64,000 nucleotides of DNA, taken from the NCBI GenBank assembly GCA_963707215.1, contig CAVPPB010000002.1:26865-90864 (forward strand). Direction: 5' to 3'. Position numbers and translations under genes: made by a program. This document shows positions 41,064 to 52,171 of the stretch, piece after piece (positions within the stretch are counted from its first letter, which is position 1; each line of letters begins with the position of its first letter). A model generated the notes under the pieces. That model ran no database searches and had not been told where the DNA came from. It saw only the letters and a list, made by a program, of their open reading frames with translations. This DNA is from an uncultured Chloroflexia bacterium. GTDB taxonomy: Bacteria > Chloroflexota > Limnocylindria > Limnocylindrales > CSP1-4.

Positions 41064-42020
41064 TCAGGCGAGCAGCTCCACGACCGGGTTGCCGACCCGC
41101 CCGATCCCCTCCGCCTCCACGACCACGCGGTCGCCCGGCCCCAGGAAGACCGGCGGGTCGCGGAAGACGCCGACGCCCGCCGGGGTCCCGGTGACCAGGA
41201 GGTCGCCGGGCTCGAGGGAGATGACCGCGCTGACGTACGCGATCAGCTCGGGGATCCGGAAGATCATGTCGGCGGTCGTGCCGACCTGCATCGGGACCTC
41301 GCGTCCGGCATCGGGACCGGACCCCGGGATCCGCCAGGATCGTAGCGCCAGGCGGTTCGGGTCAGGCAGGTCCTCCGGTGTCACCATGACCGGGCCGATC
41401 GGCAGGAAGGTGTCGGAGCCCTTGGCCCGGAGCCACTGACCGTCACCGCGCTGCCCGGGCGCCAGCGCCGCCTTGTTGCCCTGCCAGTCGCGGGCGGTGA
41501 CGTCGTTGCAGACGACGTAGCCGGCGACGTGCTCCATCGCTCGTTCGGCGGGGACCCGGCTGGCCGCCCGCCCGATGACGACGCCTAGCTCGACTTCGAG
41601 ATCGAGCGCCGCCGTTCCGGGCGGTCGGACGATGGGCTCCCCGTCGCCGACGATGCTGTTGGCGAATTTGGCGAAGAGCGTCGGCCGATCAGGGGCGTCG
41701 ATGCCCTGCTCCGCGCAGTGGTCGCGGTAGTTGAGGCCGATGCAGACGATCTTCCCGGCATCTTCGGGTTCGATGGCCGGCCGCGGCGCCCGCTCGGTCG
41801 GGTCGATCGGCCTGGCCCCGGCGGCAAGCGCCCGCTTCACGGCGCGGCGGACGCTGCGCTCCCAGCGCTCGTCGAGGCGGAGGTGCTGGACGAGACCGAG
41901 ATGGGTCGGCAGCTGCAGCCCACCCCGCTTCTCGAGCTGGGCGCCGGTCAGCAGCCTGCCGTCGAGGAGGACGCCCCAGCGCGGATCCCCGAAACGGTCG
42001 AGGTAGGCGTGGAGGCGCAT
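41064..42020 (-). CDS. fumarylacetoacetate hydrolase (FAH) family protein
   Basis: The FAH-fold motifs [12 protein letters not shown] and [13 protein letters not shown] are present. Confidence 0.85.
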   Translation of the reverse strand: MRLHAYLDRFGDPRWGVLLDGRLLTGAQLEKRGGLQLPTHLGLVQHLRLDERWERSVRRAVKRALAAGARPIDPTERAPRPAIEPEDAGKIVCIGLNYRDHCAEQGIDAPDRPTLFAKFANSIVGDGEPIVRPPGTAALDLEVELGVVIGRAASRVPAERAMEHVAGYVVCNDVTARDWQGNKAALAPGQRGDGQWLRAKGSDTFLPIGPVMVTPEDLPDPNRLALRSWRIPGSGPDAGREVPMQVGTTADMIFRIPELIAYVSAVISLEPGDLLVTGTPAGVGVFRDPPVFLGPGDRVVVEAEGIGRVGNPVVELLA

Positions 42021-42035
42021 GCGGACCCCCCGTCC

Positions 42036-42782
42036 TCAGCCCGGGCTCGCCGAGGGCGACGGGCTGGGCGCGCACTGGGGTTCCGGTGCACCCTTCTCGG
42101 CCTCGGTGTCGAAGAACTCGAGCATCTCCGCGGTGTCGAGGTCGTCCTGGTACAGGACGCGACCCCAGAGCAGCGCGGCGTAGTCGTGCGGCATCTCCTC
42201 GAACCTGGCGATGACCGGCCCCTGCACCCCGGCGGGCAGCCCGCAGACCGGGCTGATCGGGAAGCTGGCGAGCATGGCCCGCAGGGCATCTTGCGCAGCC
42301 TCGTCGCACGACCCGTCACCACAGCGGTACAGGACGACCATGCCGCCATGCTCGAGGTTGTGGATCCAGCCCTGCGGTGGGGCCTGGTCGCCGGGCCCGT
42401 AGTAGCGGGCGTCGATCGGCCCCTGGCCGGCGCGGTTGACGTGGGCGCCGGACGCCGGCGGGCAGTAGGTGTAGCGGACGAACTCACCGGCCTGGACGTG
42501 GTCGCGGGCCATGTCGTCCTGGGGCGCCCCGAGCCGATCGGGGTCCTGGGCGCCCGCCGGCTGCCACTCGCTGGAGCAGGCATAGGTGGGTGATGAGGCG
42601 CCGACGAAGAGGATCGCGCCGACCACGACCACGACCGCCACGACGGCCGCTCCCAGGAGCAGGGTCCGATAGCGCTCGAAGAAGCTCACCTCGGTGGGGG
42701 CTCGTCGATCAGCGCGCCCTGCCCGGCGACCTGACGGTTTCGGGTCGGTGGCGCCAGCCCGGCGCCGCTCGGTCTTGCTCAC
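42036..42782 (-). CDS. DUF3105 domain membrane-anchored protein
   Basis: N-terminal TM plus a domain with the conserved NLEHGGMVVLY-type motif. Confidence 0.65.
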   Translation of the reverse strand: MSKTERRRAGATDPKPSGRRAGRADRRAPTEVSFFERYRTLLLGAAVVAVVVVVGAILFVGASSPTYACSSEWQPAGAQDPDRLGAPQDDMARDHVQAGEFVRYTYCPPASGAHVNRAGQGPIDARYYGPGDQAPPQGWIHNLEHGGMVVLYRCGDGSCDEAAQDALRAMLASFPISPVCGLPAGVQGPVIARFEEMPHDYAALLWGRVLYQDDLDTAEMLEFFDTEAEKGAPEPQCAPSPSPSASPG

Positions 42783-42941
42783 GCGTTTCCCTCATCGGAA
42801 GTGGATCCCCCGCGGAAGACGAGCGTCGCTCGCGGTGGACAGGACAGCTGCGACCGCGCAGATCGCGGTCGTCGGGGAAGGGTATCGCGGGTGGCCCGAT
42901 GACGCGAGCGAGGCGCCGGGCGGGCTGGGCCGCTCGGCCGC

Positions 42942-43313
42942 TCAGGCCTCGCTCAGGTAGGCCCGGACCGACGGTCGGGTCAGGCCCCTGAAGAGGATGA
43001 CCGCGAGGATCGCGACCGCGATCGCCGGGACCAGGAGGCCGCCCAGGAGCAGCAGGGGGACGGCTGGCACCGTCAGGGTCGTCAGCCCGAGGGCCAGCGT
43101 GCGTGCCGCCTCCTTGCGCTGGAGGACCAGGGTCACGGTGAAGATGGTGTAGGCGAGCAGGACCATCACCACGACCCCGGGAAGCGACAGCGGCGCCGAG
43201 ATGGAGAGGTCGATCACGAAGCGCAGCGACAGGCCGATGCTCCCGAGGACGAGCATGGCGTAGCCCAGGAAGATGACGATGCCCGGCGGCATCGCCCGGA
43301 TCCGCTCGATCAC
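42942..43313 (-). CDS. hypothetical small membrane protein (4 TM)
   Basis: 123-aa hydrophobic ORF, divergent from the LacI promoter. Confidence 0.4.
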   Translation of the reverse strand: MIERIRAMPPGIVIFLGYAMLVLGSIGLSLRFVIDLSISAPLSLPGVVVMVLLAYTIFTVTLVLQRKEAARTLALGLTTLTVPAVPLLLLGGLLVPAIAVAILAVILFRGLTRPSVRAYLSEA

Positions 43314-43355
43314 CTGCCGATTCTGCCACGGACGCGATGGCTGCCGGACGAGCGC

Positions 43356-43412
43356 TTGACACGATGTCCGAACGTGGGTACGTTTCGCTAAACCGGTTTG
43401 CTAAACCGGTTT
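43356..43412 (+). promoter_or_regulatory. sigma-70-like promoter (TTGACA-N17-TACGTT) overlapped by two tandem copies of the perfect palindrome AAACCGGTTT (LacI-type operators)
   Basis: -35 at 43356-43361 and -10 at 43379-43384. The palindromes are at 43390-43399 and 43403-43412, directly upstream of the LacI-family gene and the sugar ABC operon. Confidence 0.5.
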
Positions 43413-43502
43413 GCGCGACCTCCGTCCCGGGTCGCGACCCCACCGTCCAGGCGTCGACGCAGAGCTGCGGCCTGCCCGACGGCCGGGAACGACGGAGACC
43501 GA

Positions 43503-44576
43503 GTGCAGACTCGCCCCACGCGCCCGCGTATCGCCGACGTCGCCCGCGAAGCCGGGGTCTCCAAGACCGCCGTCTCCTTCGCCTTCAACAACCCCGACCG
43601 GCTCAGCCCGGAGACGGCCAGCCGCATCCGAGAGGTCGCCGACGGTCTCGGCTACCGACCCCACCCGGTGGCCCGGATGCTGGGCCAGCGACGGACCCAG
43701 GCGATCGGCATCCTGACTCCCCAGGCGCTCTCGACGGCCTTCGCCAACCCGTTCTTCCCAGCCTTCGCCGAGGGCGTCGCCCTGGCGACCGAGGACTCCG
43801 GGTACGCCCTCCACTTCATCTCGCCGGAGCATGGCTCGCTGGCCCAGGCCATGGGCCGGGCGACGGTCGACGGCGTCGTCGCGGTCGGCCTCTCGGCCGA
43901 GCATCCAGAGGTCGAGGCGATCGAGCGGTCGGGTGTGCCCGTCGTGCTCGTCGATTCGGTCCCGATGCCGGCCGTCACTTCCGTGGAGGTGGACGACGAG
44001 GGAGGCGCGCAGGCGGCCGCCAGCTACCTTCTCGACCTCGGTCATCGCTCGTTCCTGGTGATCGGCGTCGAACCGACCCCGCCGGGACGCGACGTCGAGG
44101 CGGACGGCGTCTACGCGCGTCGGCTGCGGGGCTACCGTTCCGCCCTCGAGCCGGCCGGAGTCGAGCTCCTCGACGAGGCGATCGTCGTCGGACCGGCGAC
44201 GGTGGACGGGGGGCGGGCGGCATTCCACCGGTCATGGGAGGACGGTCTCCGACCGACGGCCGTCCTGGCCATGAGCGACGCGATGGCGATCGGCGCGATG
44301 CGCGCGTGCCGCGATCTGCGGCTGACCGTTCCGGGTGACGTCAGCGTCGTCGGCTTCGACGACATCGACCTCGCCCAGCTGACCGATCCCACGCTGACCA
44401 CGGTCCGCCAGCCGATCCGGCGCAAGGGAGAGGAGGCCGCGCGCCTCCTCATGTCCCTCATCCAGCGGGAGTCCCGCGAGCCGGCCGAGCATCATCGACT
44501 GGAGACCAGGCTCATCGTCCGGGCGTCCACCGGGGCACCGGGCAAGGGACTGGAGGTGATCGGGGTCCACGACTGA
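43503..44576 (+). CDS. LacI family transcriptional regulator
   Basis: HTH (RPRIADVAREAGVSKTAVSFAFNNP) plus a periplasmic-binding-protein-like sugar-binding domain. GTG start. Confidence 0.85.
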   Translation: MQTRPTRPRIADVAREAGVSKTAVSFAFNNPDRLSPETASRIREVADGLGYRPHPVARMLGQRRTQAIGILTPQALSTAFANPFFPAFAEGVALATEDSGYALHFISPEHGSLAQAMGRATVDGVVAVGLSAEHPEVEAIERSGVPVVLVDSVPMPAVTSVEVDDEGGAQAAASYLLDLGHRSFLVIGVEPTPPGRDVEADGVYARRLRGYRSALEPAGVELLDEAIVVGPATVDGGRAAFHRSWEDGLRPTAVLAMSDAMAIGAMRACRDLRLTVPGDVSVVGFDDIDLAQLTDPTLTTVRQPIRRKGEEAARLLMSLIQRESREPAEHHRLETRLIVRASTGAPGKGLEVIGVHD

Positions 44577-44739
44577 GGTCTTGCGAGGCGAGCTGTCCGC
44601 TCGGTGCGGCCGCTCCCAGTCCGCACCGAACGACATGGTCCGCCGCGTCGCGGCGACCGAGGCCGGGATCGCCGGCCACCGATCGACAGAGCGACGACCG
44701 TTCGGTCGTCGAAGGAACAGCAAGGAGAGATCCACCACG

Positions 44740-45987
44740 ATGAAGAAGCATCTGCGCCTCGGCGCCCTGGCCGCCGTCGCGGTCATCGCGCTCGCGGCGT
44801 GCTCCAGCGGCGCCACCACGGCGCCGACCACCGCCCCGTCGGAGGCTCCCGCCAGCTCCGAGCCGGCTCCGTCGCTGGAGCCCGCGGGACTCAGCGGCGA
44901 GCTGACCCTCTGGCACGCCTACGGCTCGTCCGGCGGCAACGCCGAGTTCAAGGCCTTCACCCGGATCATCCAGGGCATCCAAGCCGCCAACCCGGACCTC
45001 AAGCTGACCATCCTCGAGGTCCCCTTCAACGACATCTACAAGAAGTTCGAGACCGAGTCGGCCACCGGCGGCGGCCCCGATCTCTTCATCGCCCCCAACG
45101 ACAGCCTGGGCTCGCAGGCCCGCGGCAACTTCCTCGTCAACCTCGACGGCAAGATCGACGACGTCATCGCCAACTCCAGCGACGTCTCGGTCAACGGCAG
45201 CAAGGTCGGCGAGAACCTCTTCATGGTCCCCGAGTCCCTCAAGGCCGTGGCCATGTACTACGACACCGAGATCGTCCCCGAGGCACCGGCCACCACCGAC
45301 GACCTCCTCACCTACGTGAAGGCGGGCGGCAAGGTCGGCCTCATCAGCGGCGCCTACTTCGGTTGGGGTTTCTACAGCGCCTTCGGCGGCGACATCTTCG
45401 ACGAGACGCAGACCACCTGCCAGGCGACCGCCAACAGCGGCGTCGCCGACGCCCTGGCCTTCGTCAAGGAGCTGAAGGACGCCGGCGCGCTCGTCGACGC
45501 CGACTACGGCAAGGTCAACGACGCGTTCCTCAACGGCGAGATCGACGTCATGCTCAACGGCAACTGGACGCTCGGCGACTACCGCGCCGCCCGCCCCGCC
45601 GTTGCGGTGGCTCCGGTCCCGGCCGGCCCCGGTGGCCCGGCTGCGACCATGGCCGGTGTCGACGGCTGGTACATCAACACCTCGTCGAAGAACGTCGACC
45701 TGGCGATCGCCGCGGCTGCCGCGATGGTCTCCCAGGACGCCCAGACGATCTACGTCGACGTGGCCGGCCACGTTCCCGCCAACAAGAACATCGAGATCAT
45801 CGACCCGCTTGTCGCTTCGTTCGCGGAGGCCATCGACCAGGGCTACGCCCGGCCGCAGGGTGAGGCGATGAACAACTACTGGGGCAATTTCGACAACGCC
45901 TGGAGCCAGGTCCTCACTGCGGACGCCGACCCCGTCGCCGCCGTCGAGGAGGCCTGCGCGGCCATGGACGCCGCCAACGGCTTCTAG
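44740..45987 (+). CDS. ABC transporter substrate-binding lipoprotein (maltose/maltodextrin-type family 1 SBP)
   Basis: Lipobox (LAAVAVIALAACSSG), an AAGGAGAG RBS, and similarity to MalE-like SBPs. Confidence 0.85.
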   Translation: MKKHLRLGALAAVAVIALAACSSGATTAPTTAPSEAPASSEPAPSLEPAGLSGELTLWHAYGSSGGNAEFKAFTRIIQGIQAANPDLKLTILEVPFNDIYKKFETESATGGGPDLFIAPNDSLGSQARGNFLVNLDGKIDDVIANSSDVSVNGSKVGENLFMVPESLKAVAMYYDTEIVPEAPATTDDLLTYVKAGGKVGLISGAYFGWGFYSAFGGDIFDETQTTCQATANSGVADALAFVKELKDAGALVDADYGKVNDAFLNGEIDVMLNGNWTLGDYRAARPAVAVAPVPAGPGGPAATMAGVDGWYINTSSKNVDLAIAAAAAMVSQDAQTIYVDVAGHVPANKNIEIIDPLVASFAEAIDQGYARPQGEAMNNYWGNFDNAWSQVLTADADPVAAVEEACAAMDAANGF

Positions 45988-45995
45988 TCGCGCAC

Positions 45996-46059
45996 GCGCC
46001 CGTCACCTGACGGGCGTCGGCGGGGCGGGCGGCCGGTCGACCGGCCGTCCGCCCCGCTA
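45996..46059 (+). terminator. two consecutive GC-rich stem-loops between the SBP and permease genes (intra-operon attenuator/terminator)
   Basis: Hairpin 1 is CGCCCGTCA-CC-TGACGGGCG (45997-46016). Hairpin 2 is the near-perfect palindrome GGCGGGGCGGGCGGCCGGTC / GACCGGCCGTCCGCCCCGC (46020-46058). Confidence 0.4.
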
Positions 46060-46119
46060 CCATCCACGGCACAGCCCGAGGGGTGCCCGAGGCCCGGGGC
46101 CTGAGGAGAGGGAGCGCCG

Positions 46120-47130
46120 ATGACCGCTGCGGCAACCGAAGCTCAGACGGCGAAGGCGGCGTCGCGCCGCTGGCGCCGAGGCGGATCCGCCTATCTGTAC
46201 CTGGTGCCCGCGCTCCTGGTCATGGGCGTGATCACGCTCTACCCCCTGCTGTACCAGGTCTGGATGTCGTTCACCGACTACGGGATCCAGAACCTCCGCT
46301 TCGACTCCCCTCCGGCCAACTTCGTGGGCATCGACAACTACGTCAACGTCCTGACCAGCCAGCTGGAGATCCCCAACTACTACTTCGTCCGGCTGATCCT
46401 GTACAACATGTTCTGGGCCTTCAGCAACGTGGCGATCCATGTCGTGCTCGGCGTTGCGATCGCCCTGCTGATGCACACCAAGGGCCTCTGGTTCAAGCGG
46501 CTCTACCGCTCGCTGTTCATCCTCCCCGTCGTCATCCCGCCGCTCATCGTGGCGACGGTCTGGAAGAACATGTACGACGCCAACTACGGCGCCATCAACC
46601 AGCTGCTCATGCTCCTCGGCGGCTTTTTCGGGATCGAGCAGTCCGCCTTCCAGATCGACTGGCTGCGCCAGGTCGAGGACCCCATCCCGTTCATCCCGCT
46701 GCCGCTCGCCTTCTTCGCCATGCTCGTCACCAACACGTGGCTGGGCTGGCCGCTGAACGCGGTCGTGGCGACCGGGGCGCTCCAGAGCATCCCGAACGAG
46801 CTCTACGAGGCGGCCGAGATCGACGGCGCGGGCTCGTGGCAGAAGTTCCGCAACGTGACGATGGTCTACCTGCGGCCGGCCATGCTGCCATACGCCATCT
46901 ACGGCTTCGTCATCACCTTCAACCTGTTCCACCTCGCCTACTTCATGTCGGCCGGAGGTCCGTTCGGCAGGACCGAGCTCCTGGTCACCCAGGCCTACCG
47001 CCTGGTCAATGACCAGCAGCTGTACGGGGTCGCGGCGTCGTTCGCCGTCGTCATGTTCTTCATCCTGCTCACCATCACCCTGATCACCAACCGGATGGCC
47101 AGGGCGACGAAGAGCTACGCGGACCTGTGA
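46120..47130 (+). CDS. carbohydrate ABC transporter permease (MalF-like)
   Basis: Six TM helices and an EAA-type loop. Intact 336 aa. Confidence 0.88.
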   Translation: MTAAATEAQTAKAASRRWRRGGSAYLYLVPALLVMGVITLYPLLYQVWMSFTDYGIQNLRFDSPPANFVGIDNYVNVLTSQLEIPNYYFVRLILYNMFWAFSNVAIHVVLGVAIALLMHTKGLWFKRLYRSLFILPVVIPPLIVATVWKNMYDANYGAINQLLMLLGGFFGIEQSAFQIDWLRQVEDPIPFIPLPLAFFAMLVTNTWLGWPLNAVVATGALQSIPNELYEAAEIDGAGSWQKFRNVTMVYLRPAMLPYAIYGFVITFNLFHLAYFMSAGGPFGRTELLVTQAYRLVNDQQLYGVAASFAVVMFFILLTITLITNRMARATKSYADL

Positions 47131-47140
47131 GGGAGATGCG

Positions 47141-48121
47141 ATGAGCGCCTACGGAGCCGGCGTCCTCGACGCCATGAGCCGCCGCCGCAACCTTCCCAAG
47201 GGCCCACGCTGGCGTCGGCCTGCCCTCTACCGGAGCCGCCGTGACCAGCCCTCGCTGGTCAAGCAGGCCGGGATGCAGGCGATCGCCATCGGCCTGCTGT
47301 TCACCGTGATGTTCCCGATCCTGTGGGTCTTCTCGCTGTCCCTGGACCCGCTCAACCGCTCGCGCCCCGAAGGCCTGAGCCTCATCCCGACAAACGCGAC
47401 CCTGGAGTCCTACCGCCAGGCCATCGAGCAGCCCACGAACAACCCGATCACCTTCCTGGAGCTGACCGCCAACAGCCTGAAGATCGCCGTCGGCGCGTCG
47501 GTCATCAGCGTAGCCATCGGGGTCCTGGCGGCCTACGCGTTCTCGCGGCTCAAGTTCCGAGGCCGTGAGGTGCTCATGCTCGCCATTCTCGGCGTGCTCA
47601 TGCTCCCGGCGGTCGCGACGCTGGCGCCCCTGTTCACCCTATTGAACGGGGTCCAGATCAGCCTGCCCATCATCGGCGAGTTCAACCTCAGGAACTCGCT
47701 GCTGGGGGTGGGCCTGGCCATCATCTCGGGGCTTCTGCCGTTCGCGATCTGGAACCTCAAGGGCTACCTCGACACGATCCCCCGCGACCTCGAGGAGGCC
47801 GCGGCGGTGGACGGGGCGACCCAGAACCAGACGTTCCTGCGGATCATCCTGCCCCTGGCGACGCCGGCCCTGGCCGTCACGGCCTTCCTCGGCTTCGTGG
47901 CCGGCTGGACGGAGTTCTACTTCTCCTGGATGTTCCTCAACAAGGTCGAGGACCAGACCCTGGCCATGGCCCTCTACTCGATGCAGGGCCAGTTCACCAA
48001 CACGCCATGGTCGACGTTCTCGGCCTTCGCGATCATGTTCGCCCTGCCTCCGGCGATCGTGTACTTCTTCGCCCAGCGCTACATCACCTCGGGCCTCGCG
48101 GTCGGCGCCGTCAAGGGCTGA
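47141..48121 (+). CDS. carbohydrate ABC transporter permease (MalG-like)
   Basis: Six TM helices and the EAA motif (DLEEAAAVDGAT). Intact 326 aa. Confidence 0.88.
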   Translation: MSAYGAGVLDAMSRRRNLPKGPRWRRPALYRSRRDQPSLVKQAGMQAIAIGLLFTVMFPILWVFSLSLDPLNRSRPEGLSLIPTNATLESYRQAIEQPTNNPITFLELTANSLKIAVGASVISVAIGVLAAYAFSRLKFRGREVLMLAILGVLMLPAVATLAPLFTLLNGVQISLPIIGEFNLRNSLLGVGLAIISGLLPFAIWNLKGYLDTIPRDLEEAAAVDGATQNQTFLRIILPLATPALAVTAFLGFVAGWTEFYFSWMFLNKVEDQTLAMALYSMQGQFTNTPWSTFSAFAIMFALPPAIVYFFAQRYITSGLAVGAVKG

Positions 48122-48150
48122 CCCCAGGCCGCCACCGCCCTGTCCTCGCC

Positions 48151-49872
48151 TCAGGAGCCCAGGCGGAGGACGACGGTGGAGCGGGCCGGCAGCTCGGCGA
48201 GGGGCACCCAGCCCTCGACCCCGCCGGTCAGGGTCAGCACCGGGGGCGTGGCCTGGGTCGGCGCGGCGCCGGCGTCCCAGCCGTCGGCGAAGATCACGTC
48301 CGGCGTGCCCGGGCCGCACGGCAGGCCGCTGTCGAGGCTCAGGCCGACGTCGGCCACGGGCGCCCCGGAGAGGTTCACCATGACCAGGAGCGTCTCCGTG
48401 GGCGTGGAACGGATGACCGCGCTCACGGCCGACGATGACGTCTGGAGCGGGATCGTCGAGCCGACCCGGAGTGCCGCCTCCTCGTTCCGGAGGCCGATCA
48501 AGGCCCGGTAGTGGGCGAGCAGCGAGGCGGCGTCGTCCACCTGGGCTGCCACGCTCGTCTCCGGTGGGTCGTCGCCGAAGGCCTGCCACGGCTCCCCCGA
48601 GGTGAAGCCGTTGCCTGGCTCTCCCGGATCCCAGGGCATCGGCGTCCGGATCCGCTCGTCGGGCTTGCGGCCCGTCAGCCCGATCTCCTCTCCGTAGTAG
48701 ACGAACGGGACGCCCGGGTCGGTCAGCAGCAGCGAGGCCGCCACCCGCAGCGCCCCCGGGTCGCTGCGGAGCTCGCTGGCGACCCGGTTCTGATCGTGAT
48801 TCGTCAGGAAGGCCGCATACGTGCCGGGCGGGTAGAGGTCGAGGAGCTGCTCGCGGAGGGCCGCGATCGGGGCGGTGTCCTCCAGGTCGGCCGCCCGGAC
48901 CATCGCGTCAGCCAACTCGAACTCGAAGGCTACGTCGACGGCGCCCTCGGTGACGTAGCGGGCCGCCGTGACCGAGGCATCCCAGATCTCGCCGACGAGG
49001 AACGCGTCAGGGGAGGCCGACTTGACCGTGGTCCGGAAGTCACGGGCCCAGGCGAAGGTCGCCGGCGTGTTCTCCTGTTCGGGTCCCTCCTCGACGTAGT
49101 GCTTGACGGCGTCGAGGCGATAGCCGTCCACGCCGGCCGCCAGCCACGACCCGGCGATCGCCTCCAGCTCGGCGGTGATGTCAGGCTGGGTGAGCGCAAG
49201 GTCCGGCATCCCCTCCCAGAACAGGCCGTAGTAGAACCGACCATCGAGGGGGTGCCAGACCGGCTGCCCTGCCGGCCCGGCCCAGCCCGGCTGCTCGTCG
49301 GCCCAGACGTACCAGTCGGCCCGGTCGGACGTCGGATCGCGGGACGCCGGAACCAGGGGTGCTCGGTCGAGGTGTGGTTGAGGACCAGGTCGACGATGAC
49401 CGCGATCCCGCGCTCGTGGGCGGCGCGACGAGCGCGAGGAGGTCCTCCGTGGAGCCGTAGTCACGCTCGATCGCCCCGTAGTCGACCGTGTCGTAGCCGT
49501 GGTAGCTGGCGGCCTCGAAGACCGGCATCAGCCAGATCCCCGTCACGCCGAGGTCGGTCGGTCGTCGCCGGGTCGCCGTCGTTCAGGTAATCGAGCCGGT
49601 CGATCAGGCCGCGCAGGTCGCCGATACCGTCGCCGTCGGAGTCCTGGAAGCTTCGGACGAAGATCTCGTAGAAGACCCGGTCGTTCCACCAGCCCAGCTC
49701 GGGGGTCGGCTGCGGGGCGATGCAGGCGGCGGGAATCGCCGGACGATGAGGGCGTCGCCGACGCGGCCGACGACGGCGTCGACGGCTGGGCCTCCGTCGA
49801 CGGGGCAGCCGAGCCGCAGCCGACGAGGACCAGCGCCAGGACGAGCAGGCCGGCGCGGCGGAATGGTCGCAT
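48151..49872 (-). pseudogene. secreted lipoprotein GH13 alpha-amylase-family glycosidase, with frameshifts near 49.2-49.55 kb
   Basis: A lipobox N-terminus ([21 protein letters not shown]) and GH13 regions ([18 protein letters not shown]...[17 protein letters not shown]) are out of frame with the intact C-terminal 437 aa (GYRLDAVKH...FLTNHDQNR...YYGEEIG). Confidence 0.75.
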
Positions 49873-49919
49873 CCGCGGAGCGTACCGCGGGCGCGCCGGG
49901 CTCGCCCTACACTCGACCG

Positions 49920-51448
49920 ATGCCGATCGACACGCCGGCCTGGGTCCGTGACGCGGTCTTCTACCAGATCTTCCCGGACCGCTTCGCGGCCAGCGCGCGG
50001 GTCCCCAAGCCCGGCCCCCTCGAGCCGTGGGACGCAGCACCGACGCGGCACGGCTTCAAGGGCGGTGACCTCCTGGGGATCGTCGAGCGGCTGCCCTACC
50101 TGGAGTCGATCGGCGTCACCGCTCTCTACCTGACCCCGATCTTCGCCTCGGCCTCGAACCACCGCTATCACACCTACGACTACCTCCATGTCGATCCGCT
50201 CCTCGGTGGCGATGCGGCGCTGCGGGAGCTGCTCGACGCGTCGCACGACCGAGGGATGCGGGTCGTCCTCGACGGTGTCTTCAACCACACTGGCCGTGGC
50301 TTCTGGCCCTTCCACCACGTCGTCGAGAACGGCCTTGACTCGCCGTATGCAGGCTGGTTCCACCTCGACCGCGACCGCCTCGCCGCGGGCCGTCCCCTGG
50401 ACCCGTACCCGGCGGTCGTCCACGAGGTCCATGGCGGCGACGGCGGCTCCCTCACCCGCCTCGGCTACCGGGCCTGGTGGGACCTGCCGGCGCTGCCCAA
50501 GCTCGACACGAACGAACCCGCGGTCCGCGAGTATCCTGTTCGGGGTGGCCGAGCACTGGCTTCGCTTCGGCATCGACGGCTGGCGTCTCGACGTCCCGCA
50601 CGGAGATCGACGACGGGGCGTTCTGGGCCGAGTTCCGCCGGCGCTGCCGGGCGATCCGAGGTGACGCCTACCTCGTCGGCGAGATCTGGCGCGAGGCTCC
50701 CGAGTGGCTCCAGGGCGACCGGTTCGACGCGGTCATGGATTACCCGCTGGCGGAGGCGCTGCTGGGCTTCGCCAGCGGGCGCCACCTCGATCGCGCGGTC
50801 CTCGACTTCCACGAGGAGTACCGCGAGCGGGTCCGGCCGCTGACCGGGCCGGAGTTCGGGCAGGAGCTCGAGCGCATCCTCCAGCTCTACCCTCCCGAGG
50901 TCACGGCGGTCCAGCTCAACCTCATCGACAGCCACGACACGCCGCGGTTCCTGACCTTCAGTGGGGGAGACCGGGCCGCCCTCCGCCTGGCCCTGCTCCT
51001 GCTCCTCACCCTGCCCGGGGTTCCGTGCATCTACTACGGCGACGAGATCGGCCTGGAGGGCGGTCCGGACCCGGATTGCCGACGAGCGTTCCCCTGGGAG
51101 GAGGATCGCTGGGACCGCGAGCTCCTCGAGCTGACCGGCTCGCTCGCCCGCCTCAGGCACGCGGTGCCGGCGCTGCGGCACGGGACCACCCGGGTGGTCG
51201 GCGCCTCCGGCGGCGCGGTGGCCATCGAGCGGGCTCTCGACGGCGAGCGCCTGTTGATCCTCGCCAACGCCGCCGACGATCCAGTCGATCTCGGGGTCCA
51301 CCTCGGGCAGCCGCACGGCGGACGACCCCTGGCAGTCGTCCCGGTGCCGGGCATGGAGTCGTCGTCGACACCCGGACGACTGTCGGCGGAGGGGGCGGCG
51401 ACACTCGGCCTGCCCGGTCGCGCCGGCGCGATCGTCCGTCTCGCCTGA
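49920..51448 (+). pseudogene. cytoplasmic GH13 alpha-glucosidase/neopullulanase-type hydrolase, with two frameshifts near 50.53-50.60 kb
   Basis: [12 protein letters not shown]...[28 protein letters not shown]...[14 protein letters not shown] continues in other frames as GWRLDVP and LVGEIW...IDSHDTPRF...IYYGDEIGL. It is divergent from the amylase gene. Confidence 0.75.
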
Positions 51449-51463
51449 CGGGGCTATCCTTCG

Positions 51464-52171
51464 GTGCCCGTGGCCGATCATCCCCTGCTCCTCGACCCGA
51501 CCGCTGCGACCCGGCTCGAGCCGCACCTCGATGCCGCCGGGAAGGTCGTCCGCGCGCTCGAGGCGCTGGGACCGGTCGCCGGTCGCGACGTCGTGCTCGT
51601 CGACGGCGGTGGCGGAAGGATGGCGGCCGCTCTGATCGCCACCGGCGCACGCCTGACCGTGGTCGACCGGGCGGCGCCACGGTCGAGCGTCCCCGCGTCC
51701 GCCGTGTCGCCTGCTGCGGGTCGCGCCGGCGACGACAGGGGCCCGGCTGCCCGGAGCGGCGAGCCCGCCGACCTCGGCCTGCCGTCGGCGTCGGCCGATG
51801 TCATCGTCGGCTGCTGGTCCGCCTATCGCGGCGTGGACCCCGACGAGATGGCCGAGGCGGACCGGGTCCTTCGCCCGGAGGGCCGGATCCTGGTGCTCCA
51901 CGACTACGGCCGCGACGATGTGTCGCGACTGGCCGACCCGGACCTTCCCGAGTACGCGTCCTGGGGACGGCGCGACGGCCCCTTCCTGCTGGCCGGCTTC
52001 AGGGTCCGGGTCATCCACGCCTGGTGGACGTTCGACTCGGTCGAGCAGGCCGGCGAGCTTCTGGCCGCATCGTTCGGGGAGCGCGGCGCCGCCCTGGCCG
52101 CCGAGCTGCGGCGACCCCGTCTCTCGTGGAACCTGGCCGTCTACCACCGCGACCGGACGGCGATCCCGTGA
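51464..52171 (+). CDS. putative class I SAM-dependent methyltransferase-like protein
   Basis: Intact 235 aa with a Gly-rich segment (VVLVDGGGGRMAAAL) resembling a SAM-binding motif. The assignment is weak. Confidence 0.45.
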   Translation: MPVADHPLLLDPTAATRLEPHLDAAGKVVRALEALGPVAGRDVVLVDGGGGRMAAALIATGARLTVVDRAAPRSSVPASAVSPAAGRAGDDRGPAARSGEPADLGLPSASADVIVGCWSAYRGVDPDEMAEADRVLRPEGRILVLHDYGRDDVSRLADPDLPEYASWGRRDGPFLLAGFRVRVIHAWWTFDSVEQAGELLAASFGERGAALAAELRRPRLSWNLAVYHRDRTAIP

